Of a stretch of DNA of 64,000 nucleotides, positions 1 through 15,055 are shown piece by piece (within the stretch, counting starts at the first letter, position 1; the number at the start of each line of letters is the position of its first letter). The notes beneath the pieces are model-generated. The model did no database searches. It was given only the letters and a program-made list of their open reading frames with translations, and had not been told where the DNA came from. This DNA comes from Octopus sinensis (Eukaryota): positions 14,198,001 to 14,262,000 of the forward strand of contig NC_043008.1 in the NCBI RefSeq assembly GCF_006345805.1, given 5' to 3'. Both the position numbers and the translations under genes were made by a program.

Positions 1-2316
1 GACACAAAGGTTGCACTGTCTTCTGCCCCTATCAAATGGGAGGGCCACCGACAAAATTGACCATTCCAGCCTATAGCTTAAGTTCGCATCCTTCAGTCGC
101 CATATTAGCTTACTGAGTCCCGTGGTCTGGCGCTTGTTCACGTCCCGAAAAGTTGCGTAATGGTTGGAGACACGCAAAGACAATCTTGAGGATGATGCCC
201 CTACATAAGTGAAGGCATCTGAGTCCGTGTAAACCTTGCATTGGTAGACGGCGTTTTTGATCTTGGAGTTCGCCGACGTGAATCTTAATCTGCTTGGATT
301 GGTTTCTGAAATTAGAACTGCGTTCCTGTCACTATATTCGTTCCGAGACCTGCAGCCGCTTACTACTCTATTTTCCACTACGTCACTATTAACTATAGGA
401 ATAACCCCTGATTCTCCACTATCTATCAGAGTGCTGTCATTGCTACTGCCCGTGGTACTGCTATTGCGGGAAATGATGCTGGGGATGCTAATGGGGCTCT
501 CTACCCTACTCCCATAGTTACCGTCAACCACAACACCCCTATTTATAACTATACCCCTAGTGGGTACTCCCTGGCTGGAGCTGAGATTATGTGTCACTGT
601 ACTGGCTCTCATATCATTATTACTACTATAATTATTCCTACTGAGCATTAAACCGGGAGCGGAAGAGGCTGTGCCTCCGGAAAAAGGTGATAGGGTCTTA
701 GTAAGTAGCCTATTATTATGGGAGGCGATTATCTGGGCGAGGTTTTTAGTGTTGGAGAAAGCTATCCTAACTTTATGTGAGTTAACCGTGGAGTAATATT
801 TGGAATTTCTGGGGAAGTTATTGGCGATGGCTTGTCTAAACATGAGGGGGAGGTTAGTTCTAATCTGCTTACCAAAGGGGATTACAAACCATATATGCTT
901 ATTCCTATCAGTGTGATGGGTCGGGACGCCAGCTCTCGCATTCGGGTGGGTGATTCTCGGATGAATAACGGGTCTTGGGTTAGTGTAAGACCTCCCGGAC
1001 CGATAATTATCCTTGTTCGCTAAATTAAATGCGGGAGCGACTACCCCGGCATCCGCCGCGCTCCCGTCCTTACTTAAAATGTTTATGTTATTATATACGA
1101 CCCTATCCTGATGACCGAATGATGGCATCGGAAGGGCCGGATCAATATAAATTACTTTCTGCCTATAACCGGCCTTGGATAGTGCGGCGTTATAAAATTC
1201 CGCTTTCTGCATAAAAATATCGGCACTGGCGGACAAGCCAGACAATCTTAGAGAGATGTTTTTAACCAAATTGTCTGTTACGGTTTTGGCATGATTTGAG
1301 AAGACACTGACATACTTCAAATTAGTGGAAGGCTTATGGTAAGGGCAGTATGAGTCGCTATTAAGGTTAAGTGTAACGTCTAGGAAATTAGCCTTGGTGA
1401 GTTCATTATCAAAAACTATACTCATGCCCATTCTATTAAAAAACCTAGCTAACCTGCTCTTAGTTTTCTGCACTATTCTGTTCGTGGTGTTTTGCAGGTA
1501 AAACAGACAATCGTCACGATACAGGCCGCCCGCGATCTCCGGGAATTGATCGGACAATTCGTAGAGAATATATATTCCGACCAAATCGGCTATCTGCGCA
1601 CTATCCGAACTACCCATAGGCACATCAAATTCATTGGGAGTATCTTTACGGATCCACAACTTATTATCAAACTTAATAAACGATTTCCTGGCAACTAAAA
1701 TGATATCTATCTCTTCTCTGGTGAGGCCAGCCTTGTTGTGAGCATGCCAGAGGGCCTTATTTAGCACACTAGGGTTAATCGAGGGGTAGAAGCTGGCGAT
1801 ATCAAACTGAATGAACCTAGTACGGTTCTTATTGGGGATGGAAGAGAACCACTTCACTACCTGCGAGGAGTTGGCCCAGAGGCTGAGCTTCAGCTTGTTT
1901 ACTAAACTAGGGATATATTTATCTAAAATGTACTTACTGATTATCCCGATATCAGATCTAGCAGGGCATATGAGTCTTAGCGCTGGGTTGGTGTGGAAGT
2001 TAGGTTTATGGTCCTTCACTATAAATCTGGGTTGCTTGGGGCTAAGCGGCTGAGTTCTCATTTGAATTCGGTGTTTAAATATTATATCCTTAATTTCCAA
2101 GTTTACCTTCCTCAGGGTACTCCAATTGGTTTTTTCTATAATTTTCTTGATCTCTTTACCGAGTAAATCTAGGTACTGCTTAATGGGCATCTTGTATGTG
2201 TTCCTGGTCTTGTCGGACTGGACCAGGACTCCGTCCGTTCTATTAATGTCCTTGGCAATTTTATCTAGGTATCTGAGGTGGGCATTTCTCCTGGGTGACT
2301 TCCTGAACTTAATCTT
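1..2316 (-). CDS. Penelope-like element polyprotein (reverse transcriptase plus C-terminal GIY-YIG endonuclease); 5'-truncated, and the 3' end runs off the window
   Basis: Hand translation shows no in-frame stop from 2316 to 1. Motifs in order: SDKTRNTYKM, FIVKDHKPNF, RLICPARSDIG, FIQFDIASFYPSI (Asp 1801-1803), FDVPMGSSDSAQIADLVG, GLYRDD (YRDD 1510-1521), NFLDVTLNL, YHKP, KHIWF, then GIY-YIG AVYQC..TYVG (199-249), RVSNH, LSKLIWRLKD, CNLC (4-15). First in-frame ATG is at 2190. The ORF track probably omits it because no stop lies inside the window. Confidence 0.93.
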
Positions 2317-2339
2317 TATATATATATATATATATATAT
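2317..2339. repeat. (TA)n tract at the PLE 5' junction
   Basis: PLE-like coding sequence stops exactly where the (TA)n run begins. Confidence 0.9.
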
Positions 2340-2924
2340 CTTTTTCTCTCCCCCCTCTCTCTCCCCTTCCCTATTTCCGTATATGTGTATGTCATCCGTA
2401 AGAGCCAATCTACTCGAGGCAAACGACACAATTACCAACATAATTTTATCATCGAAACAACTGTGACAAAAGCCTGCAGATGCACCTAAATCTAGTCATA
2501 TTACTCACATATTACTCACAAAACAGGATGCACTGTGGATAATGCGATCACCGAAACACTACATCTGAAAGAGAAAAAGTAGTGGGATTGTCATAGCTAC
2601 AATTCCTCCAGGTCTCAGTACCTCCGTTTGTCTAATCTGAGCCATCGTGTATTTATTGCAAGAGCTTCTAGTCGGCTAAATTTTATAGCTACATAATAGT
2701 ATTTACTCTCACCTTATCTCCAAATGTGGGGTATCACCTTTAGACTATTTTATTACAATTCTTTTATTTGGAAACTATAATACGTCTACGTTTTACTATA
2801 AATAAATTATTGTGGGAAAATTGAAATTAAGCCTTCTTTGCAACAATCGTATCAGTTTAGCAGAGCCTAAAAAAACTCATAAGTGATATTGTTGTTTAAT
2901 ATTTAAATAAAAGAGAACAGTATA

Positions 2925-2962
2925 ATGTATATATTTATATATGTGTATATTTATATATGTAA

Positions 2963-2994
<32 letters not shown>

Positions 2995-3340
2995 CACACA
3001 TATATCTTTACATATATATATTTACATATATGCATATATATATATACATATATATACATATATTTACACACAAAGATGTGTGTATATATATATATACATA
3101 CACAAATATATATATATATGCACCCATATACACACACATATATATATATAAAGAGAGAGAGAGGGGGGCGATAGAGATAGACGTGTGTATACATCCACAT
3201 GTACATATTTATATATGTATATATAAGTATGTATGTATACATATGTGTATATATATATATGTGTGTGTGTGCGTGTGTATATATTATATATATGTGTGTA
3301 TATATAATATATATATATATGTGTGTGTGTGTGTATATAT
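2925..3340. repeat. Compound TA/CA/GA microsatellite
   Basis: Direct reading; source of the YI/HT-rich pseudo-ORFs. Confidence 0.95.
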
Positions 3341-3466
3341 TTTTTTCTCTCTAGTTTAAGCTCAGAGCTGTGGCCGTGCTAATGCAACGCCGTTTTGCTA
3401 CAATGTTATTACTAAGAACCTCCTCTTGGTGAAGAATGGAGTTTGATAGAGCTACACTAATATATA

Positions 3467-3511
<45 letters not shown>

Positions 3512-4139
3512 TATATACATATAAAGAGCTGAATAATATAGGAGTTGCTGGTCTTGTTTGAGGAACCGACAAAACGTTGGGGAAATTATAGGATAGCAAG
3601 CCAGTGAATCAGCGCGAAATATATACTACACAGACACACACACACACACACATGCATGTAGGTACATATTCATGTGTATGTGCGTATGTACATATGAATC
3701 TGTCGTTCAAATACAATCATGAATTCCTTTATGCATGTTCATACCTACGCACGCATTTCCATCTATATACGTTGATGGTTAGTTCAACGCTGCTACCGAA
3801 TTACCAAACATTCTCAAGCATTGACCAATATTCTTAGTCTTCATAGATCCAATTGAAATTTGTTTCTTATATATTTTCTGAAATTACTGACATTATAAAG
3901 CCTAGGGATAAGCTATAGAATTCCGAAACTATAACTGTTGCGGCATAGTCTTCTCATTGCAAGTAAATATAAGAAAAAGGGAGAAGAGGAAGATGTAGAA
4001 GTAAGTAACCAGAACTGAAAAAGAACAATCTCATTCATCTTGGGACATTTCAGGTGAAATTGCTTTCACAGTAGAGTGACATATGAAATTTCACTATGAA
4101 AGGATGCTAATATTTGGAATAATATTCTTTCAGACAACC

Positions 4140-4249
4140 TGTTGTTGTTATTTTTGATTGCTATTTTGCAGTCGTTATTGCAATTATTATTATTAGTAGT
4201 AGTAGTAGTGGTAGTAGTAGTAGTAGTAGTATCATTATTATTATTATTT

Positions 4250-4328
<79 letters not shown>

Positions 4329-4393
4329 TATTATTACTATTATTATTATTATTATTATTATCATTATTGCTATAACCATCATTATTGTTATTA

Positions 4394-4476
<83 letters not shown>

Positions 4477-4620
4477 CAGTAGTGTTATTATTATTATTTT
4501 ATTATTATTATTATTATTATTATTATCATCATCATCATCATTATTCTCATCATCATCATTGTCGTTGTTGTTATTATTGTTTGGCATTATTACTATTGCT
4601 GTTGTTGTTGTTATTGTGTG
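4140..4620. repeat. Compound trinucleotide microsatellite (ATT/AGT/CAT/GTT)
   Basis: Direct reading. Confidence 0.95.
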
Positions 4621-5175
4621 TTTTTTTCCTTTTCTAATCATAGTTTATGAACTCCTGTCTCCATTATAATCTTCCCCAATGCTTACTATTCTTTCTTTCC
4701 GACGTTATTCCAGTATTCCAATAAGAAAAAAAAACAGAACAAATGTGGTCAGTGAAATGATTTTTTTTTATGTGTCAAGGTAAATTGCAGCTGAATCTCT
4801 CCCTCCATTTTTCTATCTTTCGCTCTCTATCTATCCTTATCTCTTTCTATCTCTCTCCCACATACACACACACACACACGTAGGTAAATGTGAGGACATG
4901 TTATAGACACAAATATATAATAGAGGACAAAGCTAAGATAGGAAATTGTATAGCTTCCGTACTGTTTACATACGATACAATATGATGGAAGGCCAAACTA
5001 TATACAACACTGAGCTAAATTATTTTCCTAGTTCTATATCGTTAACAAATTTAATGACAATGTGTAAATCGAAAAAAAAGCAGCTGGTATTCATAAAAAT
5101 TACTGTTTGGCTGAAATTATAGTTTGATGCATCTGTTTACTTAATACCAATACACGTGTGTATATTATATATATA

Positions 5176-5220
<45 letters not shown>

Positions 5221-5221
<1 letters not shown>

Positions 5222-5563
5222 TCTTTTACCCTTTTACTTGTTTCAGTAAAAGGAGCACCGCCTTTAATCGAGCAACTCGATCCCGGGACTTATTCTTTTT
5301 GTAAGCCCAGTACTTATTCTATCGGTCTCTTTTGCCGAACCGCTAAGTAACGGGGACATAAACATACCAGCATCGGTTGCCAAGCAATGCTAGGGGGACA
5401 AACACAGACACAGAAACACACACACGCATATATATATATATACATATATACGACGGGCTTCTTTCAGTTTCCGTCTACCAAATCCACTCACAAGGCTTTG
5501 GTCGGCCTGTGGCTATAGTAGAAGACAGTTGCCCAAGGTGCCACGCAGTGGGACTGAACCCGG
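5221..5563 (-). mobile_element. tRNA-derived SINE, family B (internal CA/TA microsatellite), head truncated
   Basis: Shares the ggcggtgctccagcatggcc tail and aaagaagcccgtcgtat blocks with copies at 14.4, 30.0 and 42.7 kb. Confidence 0.8.
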
Positions 5564-5804
5564 AGGGGCTGAGGGAAAGAGTGAGGCGTGGGAGAAATCA
5601 GAATGATGTTAACTTAAGCTCCACCCTCTTTGACCAGAGCTAGAACCTCGACATGGAAACTTTGCCATAAGAGCAATCCTTTATTGAATTATTATTGAGG
5701 ACGTGACATAGCTACACACGGTCAGACTTAAGATATATATTTGCAAACAGCACAAACTACACATCATAAAATAAAAGGGAAGATATATATATATATATAT
5801 ATTA

Positions 5805-6201
5805 CTAGCAGTATCGCCCGGCGTTGCTCGGGTTTGTAAGTGAAATAACTATATAAGCATTTTTAGAGATGTAAAGTATAATAGCCATCCCAATATGGCT
5901 AACTACAAAGGGGGGGGTGTTACTGTAGCTTTTTACGTTCTGAGATTTAATAATAAATTTTTAGAGAGTTACTTCCCTTATATATGCCAAAAATGCATTA
6001 AAAATGGGAAAAAATTATGTTAAATTATTTTTTAAATCGTGGACTCATCGTAGACGCGCGCTAATACCCAGAAGGGCTCGATATGAATCACGACTATAAG
6101 ATACCTGGTTTTGGTTAAACTGCACCGCAAAATGTCGGAGTAGTTAGGGATCTAAATCGTAGGAGACAGACAGCACACAACCTCACTTTTATATATAATG
6201 A
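5805..6201 (-). mobile_element. Non-autonomous Helitron-like element
   Basis: On the minus strand it starts A|TC (6201) and ends CTAG|T (5808-5805), with a subterminal GC hairpin cccgagcaacgccggg about 10 nt from the end. No TSD; inserted at an AT site. Confidence 0.75.
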
Positions 6202-6734
6202 TTATCTCCACAGCTGTTGCAATTCCGTCTGGAAACAGTTCTCAGGATAAGACTTTACATAATTTCTTCTTTATTTTATTTTATTACATGTATTTTGTGC
6301 ACCATTTACATATATGTCCCAAGCCTTACTACCTTTTACGTAGACATATATTTAACACATTCACACACAAACACACACACACACACAGATGTGAGTGTGT
6401 GTGTGTTTGTGTTTGTGTGCATGGATTTATGTACATATGTGCGTGTATGTGTGTGTATTATATGACGTTTTTCACATATTAGATTGTGGCCATGCTGGAG
6501 CAAGGCTTTAAATCATTTTTAGTCGAATGAATTGACCCCCATCAAGCAGAATCTTTTTTGAAGCTTCTTACTTATTTTATCGGGCTCTTTTGCCGAACTG
6601 CCACGATATGAGTTCGTAAATACAACACCCTTTGTGAAACAGTGGTGAAGAGCAAACCCAAACAAAAGCACACACACATATAATATATACAGTGGGTGGT
6701 TATATAGACATGTATATATATTGATAGATAGATA

Positions 6735-7112
6735 TGTATGTATGTATACATTTATGTTTTTATGCATGTGTGTGTAATTGTATGTTCTTCTGCATTTATT
6801 CATTATGTATGTATGTATGTATGTATGTATGTATGTATGTATGCATGCATGCATGCATGCATGTATGTATGTATGTATGTATGCATGTATGTATGTCTGT
6901 ATGTATATATGTATGTATGTATGCATGCATGCATGCATGTATGTATGTATGTATGCATGCATGCATGCATGTATGTATGTATGTATGTATGTATGTATGC
7001 ATGCATGCATGCATGCATGTATGTATGTATGTATGTATGTATGCATGCATGTATGTATGTATGTATGTATGCATGCATGTATGTATGTATGTATGTATGT
7101 ATGCATGCATGC

Positions 7113-7145
<33 letters not shown>

Positions 7146-7510
7146 TGTATGTATGCATGTATGTATGTATGTATGTATGTATGCATGTATGTATGTATGT
7201 ATGTATGTATGTATGTATGTATGCATGTATGTATGTATGCATGCATGTATGTATGTATGTATGTATGTATGCATGCATGCATGTATGTATGTATGTATGT
7301 ATGTATGTATGTATGTTATGTATGTATGTATGCATGCATGTATGTATGTATGTATGTATGCATGCATGCATGCATGTATGTATGTATGTATGTATGTATG
7401 CATGCATGTATGTATGTATGTATGTATGCATGCATGCATGTATGTATGTATGTATGTATGTATGTATGTATGTATGTATGCATGTATGCATGCATGTATG
7501 TATGTATGTC
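6735..7510. repeat. Long (TATG)n/(CATG)n tetranucleotide array
   Basis: Direct reading; source of the MYVC/HTYI pseudo-ORFs. Confidence 0.97.
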
Positions 7511-8778
7511 AGGATTGGTAACTAAAGGAAATTAGATAAAAAACGTTTAGCTTCGCTTAAGAAATGGTGGTTGTATATATTTGATGCTTGGATATACTTG
7601 ATGATTGTATATATTTGATGCTTCGTCTAAGCCCGTAGAATATTATTATAATAATTTCTTCCACCTAGTGTATTTAGCCATTGAAAGATGTCCCGTATTT
7701 GATGTCATATAAGAGGTACTATTTCTTCCAAAGCATACCTCTTAAAAATTAACCATGCGTCCAATGCGTGAAGTTCTCTTCACATAAGCTCTAACATAAC
7801 AAAAACTTTCTCACGTGAATATGCGCTGCTGCAATTTCGATGCTCTTCAATTGTTCGTGTGTCTTTTATACTATTACATACATTAATCGTACTATCAAAC
7901 CATAAAATATTAATTCTTAAGTATATTTTTCTGTTTCCATATCATTTAAATTCTCCAGATATTTTGATGATGTCAGTTTACCATATTTATAAATAGAGAG
8001 AACAAACTAGCTGTATAAAAAAATGTTTTAAAATCTGAACTCGCTACGCTACTATAACTAACTTTTCTATTCCTCTCTTCAACGACCGTTAGCTTTAACA
8101 GCATTAAAGAGAACTGCTGGAAAAATGCCTACAAAATTGTTAGGATAATGGAAATAATTCCCTCTGACATATCGGAGATATGTTCCATAATGCAAGTCAA
8201 TATTTTCTTAAAGCTTTCCTTATGTCGATGCTGGCAAAAGGAAACGCAATACTTGATTCTTTACGTGGCTTTAAATTCTCTTTAGAATTTTATATTTCCA
8301 TAGTAGCAATACTTAAGGCTTCAAGTCAAACATTAATGCCCATTAATAATGTCTGTGGCATCAAGGAATTTATATTAATATATTTTATGATGCCATAAGT
8401 GAAGAGCTATTGCTCATAAATCTGTGAATATCTGGCCAAATATTATTAGCAAGTCCCTATGCATTACATGATAACTGCCAGCAATAATAAAGTTTACAAC
8501 TAGCTTTATCTGCCAACATTTGTTACAATGGCAAAGCTGTTGGCTACAACATATATTTGAGTCTCCAGAGGCGGTTTGAATTCGAAATATGACACTATGC
8601 AACATATCTTTTCTGTTCTCTTAAATATATTATAACTCGGCAATTAAATAACAGTTAGTTTAAATTATTATTAGCATTAATAAGGAAAAAACACTTTTAA
8701 GCTTTAAAGAAACAATTATATTAATAATAATGAAAGCCTTCTAAAAATGAAAATAACTATTGTTTTTGTTATTATTAA

Positions 8779-8828
<50 letters not shown>

Positions 8829-9360
8829 TATTATTATTATTATTATTACTGATGCTGTTTTTGTTGCCGGTGTTGCTTTGTTGCAGCTATTATTTCGATT
8901 GTCTTATATCGATAGTTATTGTTGCAGGCCTATAGCATATAATATTATTGCCTGATCGGGTCCACGCGTGAAGTTTTTTGTTGAGAGTGTCCAAGCTTAA
9001 GTCAATAAAAATTTCAATATTTGAATATTCGAAGTGAACATCGCTAATACAAAAAAAAAGCTTATAGCTTTACATATCGCTAACACCATTCCTTGCATTA
9101 ATGGGTTCAAATCTCACCGATGCTAAAGATCAATGTGGGATTGTAATCATAAATAACATTTAGTATGATAGGTCTAGTCTTGGTTGATAGGTGCCGGCAT
9201 GACCGTCTGGTTAAAACGCTTGCTTTTGCAACTGCGTGGTTTTGGTTTCGGTTCCAAGACAAGGAGTTACGATCTCTTGTGTGCTTTTTGGCTACCCTGG
9301 TAATTATTTATCTATTATTACTGTGTCAATTGTTAAAAGGGAAAAATACATTAATCTATT

Positions 9361-9455
<95 letters not shown>

Positions 9456-9655
9456 TGTATGTAGTATGTATGTATGTATGTATGTTGTATGTATGTATGT
9501 ATGTATGTATGTATGTGTGTATGTATGTATGTATGTATGTATGTATGTATGTATGCATGTATGTATGAATGTATGTATGTATGCATGTATGTGTGTGTAT
9601 GTATGTATGTATGTATGTATGTATGTATGTATGTATGTATGTATGTATGTATGAT
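9361..9655. repeat. (TA)n plus (TATG)n microsatellite
   Basis: Direct reading. Confidence 0.95.
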
Positions 9656-9914
9656 TGTATATATCAGGAAAGAAAACGGCATTTGCGGAATGGGTTAAAA
9701 GCAAAACTACTTCCCTTCTTATTTAAACTACAGATGTGTTCAAAATCCAACACATTTATTGCAATTCTTCAACGTAGCCCAAGTTTCTGACTTCTCAATA
9801 CTTCATAAATTGTGCATAATGATTTTAGAGTGCCCTTGTCGTCACAATAATAACCCATATATGATCTCTTATTACCCTTAGGCAGTTCAATTCAATTTAT
9901 ATATGTGTGTCCGT

Positions 9915-9957
<43 letters not shown>

Positions 9958-10006
9958 TACTACATATATAACGTGACTATGATTGTGTATATATAATATA
10001 TATATA

Positions 10007-10060
<54 letters not shown>

Positions 10061-11704
10061 TTGTGTGTTTGGTTGGGTGTATGTGTAAACATTTTTGTTG
10101 TACTAAAGTATAAAACTAATAGTGTTCACTTAAGTGTTTATTTCCTTCTGTCTTTCAAAGGACAAAACTCCACCTGAGGCAAATGATTAGATCACTCCAC
10201 AGTAAAGTAATTACCGGAGTAAGGTATTTTAAAAGTTGAACAAAAGAAAAGACATACATTATCACGTGTAGTGTTATTGATAGATGGTTCAATCTACAAA
10301 TTCAAATCTTGCTTTTCAATTCTCGTAACCTACGTTTCTTAAACTGACTTATTTCTACCGCTACTAATTCTCATCGCCATTTTTCTCTCCATCATGATTA
10401 TTGCCACCATCACCGTCGTCATGAATATATTCAATATCACCCATGCCTGAAGAAGTGAAAGGGGAAGCCATTGTGCTGAAGCTCTACCTGTGGGAACTAC
10501 CTACATGTCAAATCCGAGCGTGGAACCAATAGGGAAAAACACACTCCCTTGCATACAGAGAGACTGGATGGTCATGGTCGGAACGTTGATGCCTTTCACC
10601 TTATACATGGGTTGAAATAAGTCCATAGTAACAGATTCCGTGGCGGTCGACTTTGCCTTTTACCTTTTCGGTGAAGGAGCAGGATAATTTCTGACATTTT
10701 CGGGGTTGACGTAATTTGCTTAACCCAACCCCTGAAATAGCTGGCCTTGTGCCAACATTCGAAACAGAACTCTTTTTGATTAGATGCAATAAACACCTTG
10801 TCCACCCACAAACTGTATAGAGAAGTATGATTAGGTCAATAGCAAAATATGCCTGGTGAAGAAGCAGCATAATTTCTAACATTCACACACCCTTTGAGAT
10901 GGCCGTACATGCATGTGTATTGAACTACATACTAATGAAGCCTTTACTTATAAAGAAACTTTAATGCTCACATACTCATGTGGTTAAGATCAAGCAACTA
11001 AAAGACAAGTTTGTGTAACTGAGCATAATATTTGATATAACGATATTTGTGCGTCAGCATATCAGCGCTGAATGTGTTTGAAATGTAATGGGAAATAGGC
11101 CAATTCCAAAACATTGTTATCCAGGTCACAAAGGCAAAGTTTGATGGGAATAATAGTCATTTTCTTTCTAGATAGAAGCACATAGGAAATAACACTTTCT
11201 GACGAAAGACAAGAGAATAATATCAATTTTGTTACAGTGTTATAGATTCTCAGCTGAGGGCTAGAAGTTATCGGAAGACGTAGATTACTTCGTTAGCTCA
11301 TATAAATTTTACTAAAATAGAGAATACAGACTAGTGTCTGAAACGACTGAAGGAAGACTATTTCTACATTTGCAGTAATGAGGCATCAATATACCGAACA
11401 GTATTTTATGACAGCGGGTTGTAAAAGTGTTGAGTTGAACACAATTAATATTAAACAGAAAATTGTTTGGAAAATTGATTATAAAATGTGTAGCCCTTTT
11501 TTTATTGGAAGAGAAAAGTGATACCCCGAATAAAGTGTATATTGATATCTTGAACTATATATTTAAATAGGCAAACAATGACATTTCTGACATATGTGTT
11601 TATATTTTTTGTGCCTGCGTATATGTATGTGTATATGTGTGTCTGTACGTGTGAGGAATTGTGTCCACGGAGAGATAGTTACATACATACACGTTTATGA
11701 ACGT

Positions 11705-12740
<1,036 letters not shown>

Positions 12741-13156
12741 TTTTTACGGTAAGAGATAGAGAGAAAGAGAGGGAGCGAGAGAGTGGGACGAAAGGTACAT
12801 TTTTTTGTAATAAGACGAATAGAAATATGTGGGTATTAATTTGTACATATACGTGTTATTATATGCATCTGTCTGTGTATTCGTCTATCTGATTGTGTAC
12901 GAGTTCAGACGTGTGTTTCTTCAATTTATATGAATTATTCGATATATCTTTCTTGAATGCATTTAGAACGAACACTGACAGTTATAGCTTCGTGGAGGCA
13001 AGGTAGTCATTGAGAGGGGAACAATTGATGTTGTTGAAAAAAATAGGTGTGAATTGAGAATATATATATAATATATACATATATATATATATGTATATAT
13101 ATATACATATATATACATATACATTTATACACACATATATATATATGTATTTATAT

Positions 13157-13201
<45 letters not shown>

Positions 13202-13218
13202 TACATATATATATATAC

Positions 13219-13249
<31 letters not shown>

Positions 13250-13340
13250 CAGATATATATATATATATATATATACATATAGATGCATATATATATAAGG
13301 GAACAATTGATGTTGTTGAAAAGATTGGTGTGAGTTGAGA

Positions 13341-13379
<39 letters not shown>

Positions 13380-13403
13380 TACATACATATATATATATAT
13401 ACA

Positions 13404-13454
<51 letters not shown>

Positions 13455-14397
13455 TACATATATATATATGTATATATATCACGTATATATAAAACACAGT
13501 TAAAAATGTCATACTCTCTGAAATAGTTTACCGACGCAATGTAACAAAACACAATCATAAACAATAAACAATATAATATAAAAAATACAAAAATATGACC
13601 AGAAAATGTGAGAAAAATTTATTTAAAAATATATGCTAACGGAAAAAAAGGCTTTAAAAGTAAATAAAAAACACCACAAAAAAACATGTTTTGATAGAAT
13701 AAAAACATTCAATAAATAAAAAAAACGTATGTTGACTGAATTATTGTGCAACTAAACTGTGTATAATGTGCATTAATTTATTTTAGATTTTCTAGCTTTG
13801 CTTTTGAAAAAAATATATATATTTTCCTCATTTCTAAATTGTAATTCTGTCTTATTGTGAAGATTATTTTATTTATATAAAAGGAAAATATTGATTTTTT
13901 TTTTTACTGATGAAAGACTCCCAGAATTATTTGGAAGAGTAAGAAACTGAGTTGAGTAGTTCTATGTCTGTGTCGTTTCTGGAAGACACTTAATGGAAGA
14001 GACGGTACATTACGAAGACTGAGACTTGTAATTGTGGTAAAGAATTTTGTTTGCCATAAAATACGCAGCAGTGTCTGTCGTTAACATTATACAGCCGTAC
14101 ATCCTGCTGGTTCTTTCGTATTTTTGCACAAGGACAAAGCTAGCCATTCATTGGAGATAAGAAGGGCAATCACATCGAGTTTAATGATCACCTGATACTA
14201 ATTTCCTGAGTACTGAGGGAATGAAAAGTCAAGGTCGACCTTCATGGAATCTGAATTCAGTAAAGCCGGACGAAAATACGCCGTGCATTATATCCGGTGT
14301 GCTGACGATTCTAACGTGCAGCTTTACAGTTCTATATTTAAGAGATGAAGAATAATGTACATTATGTACATCATGAAGAATTATGTAAATATACCCA

Positions 14398-14561
14398 AGG
14401 GCATATGACTGTGGCCATGCTGGAGCACCGCCTTTAGTCGCGTATATCGATCCCAAGACTTATTCTTTGTATGCCTAGTACTTATTTTATCGGTCTGTTT
14501 ACACACCAACATCGGTTGTCAAGCGATGCTTGGAGGACAAACACAGACACACAAACACAGA

Positions 14562-14635
<74 letters not shown>

Positions 14636-14807
14636 TATATACACATATACGGCGGGCTTCTTTCAGTTTCCGTCTACCAAATCTACTCACAAGGCTTTGG
14701 TTGGCCCGAGGCTATAGTAGAAGACACTTGTCCAAGGTGCCACGTAGTAGGACTGCACCCGGAACCATGTGGTTGGTAAGGAAGCTACTTACCACAAAGC
14801 CACTCCT
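14398..14807 (-). mobile_element. SINE family B
   Basis: tRNA-like head (ggctttgtggtaag...ggttccgggtgcagtcc on the minus strand), internal CA/TA tract and conserved tail. Confidence 0.85.
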
Positions 14808-14814
14808 AAGCCTA

Positions 14815-15055
14815 TTTAAAAGCCTAGCCAGGCTCATGGGCCCGGTTTCCCAGTTTCAATGGCGTATGTGTTCCCAAGCTGGACAGGACGCCAGTCCATC
14901 GCAGCGTTACTCCTTTTTGCCAGCTGAGTAGACGGGAGCAACTTGAAATGAAATGTTTTGCTCAAGACCACAAAGCGTCGCACAAGTCCAGGAATCAAAA
15001 CCACAATCTTACGATCATGATGCTCACACCCTAACCACCAAGCCACGCGCCTCCA
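14815..15055 (-). mobile_element. tRNA-derived SINE, family D
   Basis: Reverse complement matches the plus-strand copy at 39399-39700 (gaaactgggcccatgagcctggctagg tail). Confidence 0.75.

Noticed and set aside
257-2401. Short plus-strand ORFs over the PLE
   Set aside because: They are antisense shadows of the long minus-strand PLE frame.
8050-8620. Non-repetitive stretch with short ORFs (also at 21620-21830, 26060-26400 and 47880-48110)
   Set aside because: No recognisable domain, frames are short or broken by stops, and no consistent exon chain emerges.
11198-11350. CTGACGA-a-agaca ... tgtct-GAAAC
   Set aside because: The stem II insert is about 130 nt, and there is no GUH site or stem III.
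13905-13965. CTGATGA...GAAAC..GTT hammerhead-like string
   Set aside because: Stem I cannot pair next to the core, and stem II is not adjacent to the conserved nucleotides.
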